DNA of 60,999 nucleotides from Chromera velia (Eukaryota), in assembly GCA_018398765.1 (NCBI GenBank), contig JAHBMJ010000001.1, positions 186,001 to 246,999 of the forward strand, read 5' to 3'. The translations under genes and the position numbers were made by a program. A model generated the notes under the pieces. That model saw only the letters and a program-made list of their open reading frames with translations, was not told the origin of the DNA and did not search any database. The first letter of the stretch is position 1, and the number at the start of each line of letters is the position of its first letter. Shown here one piece after another: positions 24,990 through 35,963 of the stretch.

Positions 24990-27900
24990 GAACTCACGAT
25001 GGCATTCCCCGCCCACATGAGGACACGCCCATCCCGTCTCCGTCTCACAGGAGGATGAGCACCCGTCTCCGCTCTGGGTGTCACCATCATCACACTCCTC
25101 ATCACCGACACGGTGTCCGTCACCGCAAATCGCTGCAGACAAAGAAAGCAGTGGAGAGAAAGGGGAATGGAGCATCCGAATCAGTTGGAAAAAACAATGT
25201 AATCCCATAAGGGACGGTCAGTGCGCACACAGTCACGTTGCGCAGTCACGTCATCACCAAACCGACAACTTACATGAACAGGCGCCCCCTGCAACGGGAC
25301 AGCTCCATCCCGTCTCCTGCTGGCACGTGCTTGAGCACCCGTCTCCGTCCTCTTTGTTGCCGTCGTCACACTGCTCAGAGCCCAGACGGACATCATCTCC
25401 ACAAACGGCTGCAATTAGAGAAAGAAGAAAGGACAAGAGGAAGAATGCCTCGACAAGATAGCGGGGCAAGTCACTGAAAGGGCAACCATAGAATGGAGGG
25501 AAAAAGAACTAGGGGGACTAGGGGGGGCGAAAAGAGACTCATCACTGAATACGCAGGCATGCAACAAAGGGATCGATGCAGCATCGAAACTTTTCAAAAA
25601 TTCGGGAGACCCACCTCTTTCCTTCCTTCGCCTTCCTTTCTTGCTTGTTTTCTTCCTTCATTCCCGACTTTCCATGCCTCTACACAGATGGCGACGGACC
25701 TTCGCATGGCGAGCAGACAGTCGGGCATCTCCAGCCGGGCTCGATGGTGTGCGATGCAGTGCAGCCGTCTCCATCAATGCTGTTGCCGTCCGTGCACTTC
25801 TCCGGACCCACCAGGAGGCAGTCGTTCATGTCGGCTGAAAGGAAAGCAAGCACACACCCGACAATCAATGCATACATACATACATACATGCAGATTCTAA
25901 AGTCGGAGGGTGGGATGACAAAGATAGTTAGCCTGATTTCAAAACAATGATGCTGTAGCTCCACTGTCCCCCCCCCATCCCCACTGACGTTGACAATCGC
26001 AGTCGAGGCACTTGTAGTCGACCACCCCGTACTTGTACGTGTACCGACAGGGATCTCCCGCAATCGTGTTGGCCATAGGGAGGACGCACTCGTTCTTGCC
26101 GTCACACGTCTCCACGGCATAGTCAGTCACATCCAGGTGGCAGGTGATGTCTGTGAGGTGCCCCCCCCGGTAGAAAGGACACGTGACTCTGTCATTGCGG
26201 CCGTACCACGCCTCCGTCACAGCAATCACCTGGCCAGGGGGACACGTGAGGGGGTTCCAGCACTCACCCGTCGTGGAGCCGCACTGGTTCTGGTGGGAGG
26301 GGTGGGTCTCGCAGATGGTCGTCTCCTTCTCCGTGACTGCAGGAGGTGGGAAGAGAAAAGGGGGTTGGCGGTGTCAGTCAGCTGGGTGAGATTGAAGTTC
26401 AGACAATCAGCAGGATGGTCAGAGAAGACGTAACCACCGACCAGACCCAAACCGGCTGACTGACTGACATGCACAGTCGCTGTCCGAAAGAGGGCACTCC
26501 CACCCAGGTTCTCTTTTGCAGTTGCTCGAACACCCATCGCCGCTTTCGGTGTTGTGGTCGTCGCACTCTTCGGACCCCAAACGCTTTCCGTCTCCGCACC
26601 CGGCTGCAAACATGCAGATGCATTCAGTGAGTCAGTGCAGTAAAGAAAAATACTTTCATTGTCTGACTTCAACAAGAAACACCCAACCTGTGAAGAACCT
26701 GTGAAGGAGTTCACGTGTTTGTTGAGAACAAGAGAAACGTCGTTCAACGATGCTTATTTCCCTCAGGCATACAATAGTCTTTTGCCTTATTCACTCCCTC
26801 ACCCACCCCTTCACGTTGACCGACTCACGTTCACAAGGTCCACAGAGAGTGGGGCAGGTCCATCCGGGTTCCAAGAGGTTCTTCTCAGAGCACCCGTCTC
26901 CTGCCTCGAGGTTCCCGTCAGAACATTCTTCGGACCCCACAAGCATGCAGTCGGTCCTTATCGCTGCATTCATTCATTCGTTCGTTCATTCATTTATTCA
27001 TGCACGTTTGAGTCCAGACGGAATGTTCCGAATCCTCGCCGTCGCTGTTACGAAGAGAGATAACGCAAATCGTTTTGTATTTAAGGGCAAGTCGATCCTG
27101 CGGATCTCACGGTATATGATCAGAGAAAGGTGGGGATTTTTGTATATTCAAAGAGCACTTGTGGACAGACAGCACGTGCATGTATTTCAGCTCACGTTCG
27201 CACTCGCCTCCCCCCTCAGGGCAGGTCCATCCCGTCTCCACCTCACACGAGCTGGAGCACCCGTCTCCGTCATGTCGATTCCCGTCGTCGCATCCCTCGT
27301 TGGAAGTTCGAACCTCGTCTCCACACACGGCTGCAATTAAGCAACCGCACAAAACAAACACATGCATACATACAGGCGTGCACAGATATGCCAACAGAAA
27401 GGAACGGGCGGATGTGAAGGAGCGTAGCGTAAGAAGGCTTCGTTGTCTTTTTCGCAAAAGGGAAAATGTCAACAAGTACTACAGGCCAGAAGGGTAAAGA
27501 ATCCGTATCTTCTTCTACGACTGACTGTGGCAGACGGAGCTGGAAAGCGGGTTGATGTTCCCGGAGGGACACACGCCAATGTCAAGAATGCCGAAGTTAG
27601 AGGAGGCCTCGAATTTTATTTTTCGAATTCCTCTGAAGTCAGAATTCCCTGAGAAATCCAACAGATGAACTCCTTTTCCCTCAGGGTCTCTGTTCGCTTT
27701 CCACAGTCTCTGCTCTGCGACTTTTCTGCCATCTGCGCCGTATGCAATGATCTTTCTGCCCAGTGCGTTGAACACCCGAGCAGAGAGCAGGACAACGTCT
27801 CTGGAGAATTCGAGAGTGATCCCCCTCTGCCTCCTCTGGCTGAACAGATTCCGCAACCACTGGAGCAGCCAGAGGAAAAACAAACGACCGATCAGCAGTT

Positions 27901-30900
27901 TCCTCTTCTCTGCCAACTCTGTCCAGAGCAACCGCCTCGACCCCGAGTTGTCCTCTTCCAGGTGCTCCAGCGTGCTGGAAGGGACAGCCATTATCATGCA
28001 CCCTCTATCGATGTTCACTCCCTCATAATCCTTCCGGCACCCCCACCCTGTCCGGAAATCATTCAGAAGTTCAGGGGGGTTACCAGTGTCCACCAAAGCG
28101 ACTGAGTCGGAATGTGCCTGAGCCTCGAGGACGACGTTCAATCCGTGGGAAGTGAGGGACCCGATCACGGCTGCGTTGGCACAAGTGTCGGGGAGGGAGA
28201 AGACCACTGGGCAGGAGACGGCAGTCTGGCCGTTGAGTGCGGGTGTGCAGACCCAGCCAGGCTCCACGACTCCATCAGCACAGCCGTCTCCGGAGACGTC
28301 GTTATGGTCTGTGCAGGTGCCGTCTCCCTCTGCATGCAGTCAAAGATGCATGGTGAATGGATCAGAAATGGATCAGCCAAGTATGGAAGCAGATGTGGAT
28401 CAGAGTTCTGGTCGATTCCTACTTCCACGACCGTTCGCTTGGACCACAGATTCATGAAAAAATTTTGAGACAGAAATACTGACCGGCCTCTCTAAAGGTT
28501 GACACACTGAATGTGGAGGCATTTCCTTTCTCCTCTTTCACTCTGTTCTTCCTCTTTCTCTGCCAACCCCAGCCACCCCGCCAATGACTAGCTGGACACC
28601 CACCCACCCGCCCCCGCGCACCCTATGCAGAGCAGAGAGAAAGAAGATTCAAAAGGTGAACGGACGTACGTGTGCAGGGTCCCCCAGAAGAGGGGCAGAC
28701 CCATCCAGGCTCGACCTGCATGTCAACGGAGCACCCATCAAAGTTCCTAAGGTTACCGTCATCGCAATCCTCGCCCTCGTCCACACGCCCGTCGCCAGGC
28801 TCACCTGCAAGAAGGGCGCGCATCGTTGCATGGACTCAGTGAATGTAATTGATGGCCGATAAAGAGGAGTCACGAGAAAACAACTGAATATGCAGGGAAA
28901 GAACGAAAACGGCTGCCAGCTAGAGAGGGGAGACAGAGGCAAAGAGCTTTCGACGGAGAGCCTCGAGGAGAAAGGGTGTGCATTCAGAGACCAAGAATGG
29001 GAGTTGAGAACCGACCAGGGGGCCAGCCGTGTGCGCAGAAGGTAAGTGCCTCGATGGCAACCTCTCCTTTGATATACAGAGCCAGTTTCTCATTCAAGTA
29101 GACAGGGGACTCAGAAGCGAAGTGGACCTGCACTTCTTCCCGTCTCTCCCCCGCGTTGAGTGTGACGATCGGTTCGGTGTCTTTGTCGTCGATTCTCATG
29201 CTGACGCTCATCTCTCCTCTGTGCCCTGCAAGGAGCTTCATAGAGGACAGGTACACGGAGGTGGGGGGATCTTCTGCCTCACGAATAAGGTGAACACTCC
29301 CGCCCTCTGCTGCCGGCCCTCCCGCTGTATCTGGCACATACGCAACTGCGCCTGCCGCACACGCTCCTTGGTTTGCCCCCCCTGCACACGAGCAGAAGCC
29401 CCCGCCCGTCTCTGCAGTATGCCACACCACAGGAAGCGTCCCCTCAGGCTGCGTCGTGTTGTGCGCCCCCTCGACTTTGAAAGGCATGGAAAAGATATCA
29501 AATTCCGACCACTTGGCCCTGTGTGCAAGGTCAGACATCTTAATTGTCTTGCAGAGCGGTTGAGGACTGCAGAGGGAGAGCTCCTCCAGGCCCGAATGGT
29601 CCAGAGCAGACCGAGGAAAACAGATATCAAGGACGGTGTGGACCTCGAGAGCATCTGGAAACAGGGAAGTCGTGCGGTGAGTGCGCCCCTTTCCTGCGAC
29701 TTTCGTATCCTCCTTCAGTCGTCCGTTCTCCTCGTATGTGCGCACCTCCACCTCCTCACTCAAATCCACCCCCCAAAAAACCATTCCCACAAGGAACACA
29801 CTCGAGTCGTTCTCTCCGACCATCTGTCTCTCAATGCGCACACAGAGGCCATCTCCTGTTGGCCATGCTCCTGTTCCCTTCCCTGCGAACCGAATCATGC
29901 GTTTTGTTTCTGAAGATGACGACACAGGGTAGGCGTCTCTGGCCTCGAGGAAGAAAGCAGACCTCCAGGATCCCTCCCAGTCGTACACACGAAATCGGAA
30001 GCGTCTCCGGAGACCCTGATGGAAGCTGAGCCTCTCCTTCAGGTGGAATCGGGAGAAAGATAGACGCTCACAGGTCGAGTCAGGAGAGTCCTCACTGGCG
30101 TCACCCGAGGGGATGGACTCCTCTACTGTTTCCGATTCTGCAATTCAATTCAGTACACATGAAGTGGATCGATGGTTGTTTTCCTCTTTTTTCTCACGAT
30201 GGCGACAACGACTCTCTCGCTCTTGTCTCGTTCTTGTTCTTTCTGCAGGCAACAAAAACGCCCTTACGGGCACCTCCATGTACGAAAATGCTTCTTCACG
30301 TTCACATCAAAGCCGGCCTCAACACTTCAAAACAACAGCAACATCGAACACAGAAAGAGAAACACCCTTAATTTAATTCCTAAAGAGACCCCACTCACCT
30401 GCAGAGTAGGTGCAGATAGCGAGGTCATCCACCGCTCCCTCACCAGGAAAGCACAAATCGACAGGCCGCCAGGTTACCTTCGGCCCTCTCCACCACCGTT
30501 CCCATAAAAGAACATTTTTAGACACAGACCCAAATGTACCCTCCCCGTCAAGAGAGGCAGTCAGAAGTCCCCACCCATTTCGCACCTCAGCCCGATGGTG
30601 CGGATCATGCACAGACACCAGGCTCACAGAATCGATGTAAGCCGAAACCCCCCCCGTGTTCCCCCCCCCCCCATGATGCTGAACACGCAAACACCCCCCT
30701 CCCGGATTATCCCCTTCCCCAGAGTTAGGAGAGGCGAGTATTGCCACTTGCCCCTGACCACAAACGGCCGGAGTTTCCGAACAAACTAAATGAGGGGCCG
30801 CGAGAGCATTGGCGCTCCCCCCCCCCGCGTCAGAGTCGAAAGCGCGGACAGCCGAAGGCGCCTGTCCACTTCCGTCTGCATTGAAAGGCAACGCGGACAA

Positions 30901-31608
30901 TTGCCACTGCCTGTCCAACGCGTTTACGCTTGGCACCTCATCCCCGTCTGCTTTGTCTGAGAAGTCCACGACTTCGCATGTTGGTGTGAAGCTGCACAAC
31001 TGAATTTCCTCCACACGCCCGCCCTCTTGAAAACAGATGTCGAAGGTCTTGCGTGCCGGAAGGCCCGGGCGTCCGATGAGCCGCGCCATAAGGAGATGCC
31101 GAAAGACACGCGCAAGGGGTCTTCGGAAGACCCCATCGCAGAGGATGCGTGCAAGTTTCTTCCAGAATACCTTCACAGTTGCTGAGCGAAGATACGCAAT
31201 TCGAGGTCCCAGGGGCTGTCTGTGAATTGAAATTCGAAGACAGGAAGGCCCGCTCTCCTCTTCATTGTCATCATCATCCCAACACCCAATCTGATTATTC
31301 CCAATCACACGTACAGATCGCCTCCTGTTCTTTTCAACGTCCTCGTAAGGAAGCGCACTGAACGACACCTCGAAATTCGCTACTTGAATCCTTTGATTCG
31401 GATCGATAGAAGAAGAGGAGGGAAATTGGTCCAAAGGAATGGTCTCACAGACCAATCTTGTGTTTGCTTTTCTTCGTGCTCGAATCTTTGCACCAATTCT
31501 TTGCCAAAACCATTTCTTCCACCCTCCAGCAACTTCCGTTATTAGCAGCAAGGTCAGGCAAAGTCCCAACCAGCGGCAGGTCTTGAACTGCCAGCCGAAA
31601 GGCTTCAT
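38..31608 (-). CDS. Giant secreted/surface modular protein (signal peptide, unknown beta-type domains, SUEL lectin, cbEGF and Myxococcus-type Cys-rich repeats); 3' end lies outside the window
   Basis: ATG at 31608 gives [29 protein letters not shown], a signal-peptide-like leader. There are 78 exons with AG/GT borders and all introns are phase 1. In transcription order: 30399-31608, 29016-30137, 28670-28804, 27526-28329, 27196-27330, 26829-26963, 26469-26603, 25989-26336, 25700-25834, 25274-25408, 24998-25132, 24498-24632, 24270-24401, 23981-24118, 23602-23751, 23333-23467, 22965-23087, 22571-22705, 22266-22409, 21809-21946, 21429-21578, 21135-21269, 20796-20918, 20392-20565, 20056-20199, 19668-19805, 19320-19469, 19027-19161, 18713-18835, 18420-18554, 18135-18278, 17782-17919, 17459-17608, 17166-17300, 16722-16844, 16333-16467, 15834-16196, 15383-15517, 15037-15171, 14677-14811, 14240-14374, 13905-14036, 13604-13741, 13281-13430, 12936-13070, 12372-12494, 12088-12222, 11752-11895, 11424-11561, 11079-11228, 10646-10780, 10413-10535, 9989-10123, 9669-9803, 9293-9427, 8917-9051, 8399-8533, 7897-8028, 7553-7690, 7225-7374, 6882-7016, 6300-6422, 5921-6055, 5596-5739, 5294-5431, 4621-5023 (interrupted by N gap), 4266-4400, 3575-3697, 3216-3350, 2880-3023, 2461-2598, 2154-2303, 1701-1835, 1452-1574, 1070-1204, 766-900, 370-504, 38-172. 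Motifs: CGDG..EECDDGN..GDGC..C..E.GW.C (Myxococcus Cys-rich / DUF4215-like) and D(I/V/L)NEC...C.N...F.C.C..GW.GDG..C (calcium-binding EGF). Confidence 0.9.
1854..1952 (+). repeat. 28-bp intronic minisatellite, about 3.5 copies
   Basis: Unit AGACAGAAGCGGAAAGATCATTCAAACC starts at 1854, 1882, 1910 and 1938 (last copy partial). Confidence 0.9.
3700..3775. repeat. (TCAT)n microsatellite in an intron
   Basis: Run of cattcattcatt with a few interruptions. Confidence 0.9.
4729..4909. other. Assembly gap inside an E2 EGF exon of the repeat array
   Basis: N run. Both flanks carry the same ~70 nt of E2 exon sequence. Confidence 0.97.
15834..16196 (-). other. Exon encoding SUEL/Gal_lectin domain, copy 2
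   Basis: Near-identical to 25989-26336 ([28 protein letters not shown]). 363-nt exon, phase 1-1. Confidence 0.88.
24944..24989. repeat. (CA)n(GA)n compound microsatellite
   Basis: Read directly; lies just downstream of the donor of exon 24998-25132. Confidence 0.9.
25989..26336 (-). other. Exon encoding SUEL/Gal_lectin (rhamnose/galactose-binding lectin-type) domain, copy 1
   Basis: Translation includes ICE...[25 protein letters not shown]...C.GKN.C......[13 protein letters not shown], with the YGR and DPC..T.KY motifs of SUEL-type lectins. 348-nt exon, phase 1-1. Confidence 0.88.
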
Positions 31609-32255
31609 CTTGGGACCTTCCCGACGTTTGTGAGATCTCTCGACCCCTTAATCTCTTGATCTATTCACTCAAAGTCTCTTTTCTCGAAGTCTGCTTCAAC
31701 CGGGTGCATGGTCACATCATTGCCTCTCTTTACTTGGACGTCCTGCATGGCAGATATAGGCAGACGTTCAACGCTGCATGCATGCGTCCGACTTTCGATT
31801 AATTATATAATTAATATATATATATTTCGCTGCATCGCCTCGGGGGGCAGCTCAGCTCTGCTGAGATATCAGCGGAGAGGCCCTCGCATGCATGCATGTC
31901 CATGCAGAAATAGGGCCCCGCGCACGAATGGGCCCCGGCGTTTTTGCTACACCGACGGACAGACAGGCGGCATCAGGCGGCTTGCCGACGCTTGCCAGGG
32001 CCCTCTACACTACGTAAGGCCCCGGCTGCTCGGTACGCTCGAGATCAGACACTCTGCATGTAACAATTAGTCTTTGCATAAGAACTTTGCAGCACGGGTT
32101 CAGAGAAAACCAAAGAACTGCAGGAGGGACAGTTTGGTTTGGCTTCTGGCTTGGGCGATCTCAGTATTTGATGCTTCCGTGGCTCGAGACCTGCTGCATG
32201 ACTTGACTCTCAGTTTTATTTTTGTGGCGTCTCCGAATTAATTCTTCTGCTGAAA
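31609..32255. promoter_or_regulatory. Putative bidirectional promoter between the giant repeat gene and the GH5 gene
   Basis: About 650 bp between divergent ATGs. Contains clustered TGCATG/TGCATGCA motifs (about 31704, 31744, 31775-31785, 31886-31905), an (AT)n tract at about 31803-31825 and repeated G(G)GCCC(C) boxes. TGCATGCA is a known ApiAP2-bound motif in apicomplexans. Confidence 0.5.
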
Positions 32256-34176
32256 ATGTCGTTTGGTGGGTTTCTCTTATCCAGTGTCTTGGCGTCACTT
32301 TGCCTCACTCCTTTTGTGACCGGAAAATGGATCCGTGTCGATGAAAAGTCGGGACAGTTCGTCGATGAAGACGGACAGGTCCGCATCTTCCACGGATTGA
32401 ATGCCATCGAGAAGGTCCATCCTTTTGTTCCCCCTATTGTAGGAGAGTTCGATTTCACGGGGTCTCTCGTTGAAGAGGACGCCCTGAATTTGAAAAAGTG
32501 GGGTTTCAACGTGATGAGAATCGGTGTCATGTGGCAGTCTGTCGAGCCACAGAGAGGACAGTACAATATGACATTCCTCGAAGAGGTCAAAAAAGTAGTC
32601 GATCATTTGGGCCGTCACGATATCTACACCATCCTTGACGGACACCAGGACCTTCTGCACCGTGCCTACTGCGGTGAGGGGTTCCCCTCCTTTGCCGTAG
32701 AGGCCGTGCGGTCTCGATACAACCACAGTATGTTCGGTTTTCCCTCCCCTATCCCCGCGAAGCTTGAGAGAGACGAGAAGGGGATGCCGTCTCTTGATAC
32801 ATGCATGGACAGACCCTTCGCCCAGTTCTATGCTTCCTTCGAGGAGGCAGATGCCTGGAACGAGCTCTACAGGAGCACAGACCTACAGGCCGCCTTTGGT
32901 GCCTATTGGGGCACTGTGGCGTCCGTGTTCCAGGACTCTCCCTACGTCCTTGCTTACGAACTCCTGAACGAACCTTCCGTCTCCCTCCGCCGTCTCTTCA
33001 AGTCCGCAGACGAACTCCTCCTCCCTCTGTACAAGGAGGCACACGCACAGATCAGGAAACACGACACAAAACACCTGATCATGTACGAGACGTTCGTCGT
33101 CAATTCGTACATCCGTCGGGGCTCCGGGTTCGCAGAGCTTCCCGACGGCCCACAAGCCGTGTACGCCTATCACGTCTATTGCGCGGGGCAGAACGCCACA
33201 GGCGACATCCCCCCCGGGATTGCCGCTTCTTTCTGCAAGACGGCTCTCTCATGGTCGTTCGACACCGCCATGAAGGACCTGGATCGCCTCAAGTCAGGGG
33301 CGTTCATGTCGGAATTCGGCGCTTTGGGCCCGCACAAAGCCTCTGCCGACATGATCTCCTTCCTGCTCGACAAGGCCGACGCCAAGTCCCAGAGTTGGGC
33401 CTACTGGTCCTTCAAGCGCTTCCACGATTTCACCACCCAGAACGCGAACACCGAGACTCTGTACAACGACGACGGTTCCCTCCAGACGGAGAAGGTGAAG
33501 GCCTTAGCTCGGCCCTTTCCCCAAAAGACAGACGCCATCCCGTCCTCTGTCAAATTTGAATTCGTCCCATCGAAAGCGCTGTTCCGAATGTCCTTTTCCC
33601 CCAAGCCGCGCGCTGCTGCGAAGGGGAAGATGGAGGTTCGGACAGTTCTGGGGGGTCTGGGGGCTCTCCAATTCCCCGGGGGGCTGCAGGTTCACGTCAG
33701 CTGCCACCCTGCGTATGGGGCGACGGTGGGGGGGGACTTGAGACTCAGTCTGGTCTCAGAGTGCGGGTCTTTGTTTGAGGAGAAGCAGACGGGGTTTGTC
33801 GAGAACGTGTATGATCTAGATCCTGATGAGAAGAGCTTTCAGGCTAAGCTCTCTCTGAGTGCCCCGGAGGTTGCGGATGTGGGGTGTCCTTTGCGTGTTG
33901 TCGTGTCTTCCTCTTCTGGGTCGTTGGAAGGCCTGGAGGCAGGATCTGTGTCGATTCGCGTGCGTGCAGAGGGGGGGAGGAGAGTTGGGGTTGCGGCTGT
34001 TGAGGCCGAAAGAGAAAGTGGGGCGGTGGGGGGGAAGAGAGAGTCACTGAATCTGAGAGGCTCTCCCGTCTCCTCTGAGAGAGTGAGACCAGAAGCAGAA
34101 GAAGTGAGAAACATGACTGTTGATAGAAAAGTAGGGGGGAAGGAGGAGGAGGGGTCCCCTGATGTGTACTTGTTGC

Positions 34177-34213
<37 letters not shown>

Positions 34214-34295
34214 AAGGGAGAAAGAAAGCGAGAAGGTTTTGGCAGGGGAACAGGGGGAAGTTGTAGGCTCCCCTGTCAGTGTGTCAATAGTCTGA
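32256..34295 (+). CDS. Secreted glycoside hydrolase family 5, endoglycoceramidase-like; intronless
   Basis: 679-aa ORF with a signal peptide (MSFGGFLLSSVLASLCLTPFVTG). Motifs: RIFHGLN, WGFNVMRIGVMWQSVEP, ILDGHQD, YELLNEP (acid/base Glu), YHVY, FMSEFG (nucleophile Glu), WAYW and ARPFPQ, all typical of EGCase-type GH5. Low-complexity C-terminal tail with a poly-Ala from a (GCT)n repeat. Confidence 0.9.
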
Positions 34296-35963
34296 GGTAG
34301 AAGAGAAGGAAGACGCGCTCGTCGGAATAGAGTGGGATGTGTCCTCCTTCCTTTCAGCACCAGAGAGGTCACTCTGAAAGGAAGGAAGGCAAGAAGAGGT
34401 CGACGGCGGACCCGGAGAGACAAACACATGCAGAATTGGATCTAGAGAGGGTGAGAGAAGGAGGGAACGAATTAAAGAGCAGAGGAGGTATCAGTCCGGG
34501 ACACGGACTTCGATTGATTTGGAATTTGTGCTTTCTTTGTTTGTTTGCTGTTCGGCATGTCGGCTTCTTGTTCTTTTCTCAAGAGTGGATGGAGGGGCCG
34601 GGATGGTGCTGGTCTGTTCGAGTTCTTAAGCGTGTGTTGGAGTTTTTGTGGAGAAAGAGAGTTGCAGACACACCGTATGTGTGGAGGAGAGGAGGGTGAG
34701 CAAAGTCTCCCACTGTGTGCATGCCTGACTACCTTCGTGCCTGAGTGAATCTGTGTGCATGGTCCTCTTTTGTGTAGTAAATCGGTGCAGAATGGCTGCC
34801 TGCTGTATGTTTTCTCTCTCTTTGTAGACTTTCTCAGCACTCAGAAGGACGAAAGATGCATCGATCACGCATGGCCCATTGAAGCGCCTGCCTGTCCTTC
34901 ATCGCATAGCCCGTTGGACTTTTGTTTTAATTCTTCTCTTTCTCTCATGCTCTGCATGTGTGCCGATTTCTTCGTCGCCTCAACCCCCGCTGCGTGAGTC
35001 GTTACTCAGTCGTATCATCATTTGTATTCCTCTCGTTTGTAACAGTCCGCCATTAATTACAACTTGAAGTCTGATAGACTGACTACTCTTGACTGGCTAC
35101 TTTGTTTGCTAGTTTGTTAAACTTTGTTTGTCGATCGAAGAGAGTGTTCATACGTTCAAAAGTCTCAAAATCACACTGATAAGGAGGGCCCTCATATGCC
35201 CATGGGCCGTAAAATTGTGCGTAAAGCAAGATCTTCATCATAAAAGATGTTCCTGTCCATTGTTAAACACACGATAAAAAAATATATGTAATTTATCTTG
35301 AACCTAGTAGTGTTACATACTTTGAAAAGTTTCAAAAAGCTAGCTAAGACGAATGGTGATGGTGCTAGGATTCACTGATTCAGCCTAGGACTAGGCCTAG
35401 GATCAATTACATAATATAAATTACTACATGAAACCATGCTCAAATGATTTAAAATGATTATAAAGATTTCTCTAGAGATTTCCATAGGTTTTGCATATAC
35501 ATACACAATTATGAGAAAACTATAGAAATTCGGTAGATTTCCCATAAAAATCGGAATCTGAGATAACTTTCCTATATGAGATTTCCCATCAATTTTCTAT
35601 CGATTTCGCTAGAATTTCCCTCAGATTTCACGAGGATTTCCCTAAGATAATAAGATTTCCCATCAATTTCCCAACTAGTTTGTATTGTACTACCATGGGC
35701 CAGTCTGCGCTTTATACAATTTCAAAAGAGAATTTAAACTCACACAAAACAATTGTTTTGCTCAACCTCATGCTCAAAGCCATTCCTTCTCTGTGTTACA
35801 GACTGTGTAACGTCTGTGGCCCGGCCGCTAGCCCGGCCGCTACACAAATCCCCTTCACGTTCTTTTTTTCCTGTCTCATCTATACTTCGAGGACATTCAC
35901 CCTGCCTCAGACCCTGCCAATGCTCGACTGCCTGAATCTGCATGGGCCTGAGTCGGCCGCTTC

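Noticed and set aside
38..27330. Conserved ~135-150 bp repeats separated by variable sequence, resembling a CRISPR or cassette array
   Set aside because: The repeats are coding exons with AG/GT borders and the 'spacers' are introns. They are far too long for CRISPR repeats and there are no cas genes.
38..27330. Mutually exclusive Dscam-type exon clusters
   Set aside because: Exon classes are interleaved in a fixed order instead of clustered by class, and all join in frame. Constitutive inclusion is the simpler default; skipping remains only a possibility.
202..27572. Hundreds of short ORFs on both strands in the ORF track
   Set aside because: They are alternative-frame or antisense shadows of the repeat exons, or exons read through into introns.
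32801..33559. 252-aa overlapping ORF within the GH5 gene
   Set aside because: Arg/Pro-rich alternative frame caused by GC3-biased codon usage; no recognisable motif.
35198..35700. Inverted GCCCATGG / CCATGGGC as TIRs of a transposon
   Set aside because: Only 8 bp match, with no extension and no target-site duplication.
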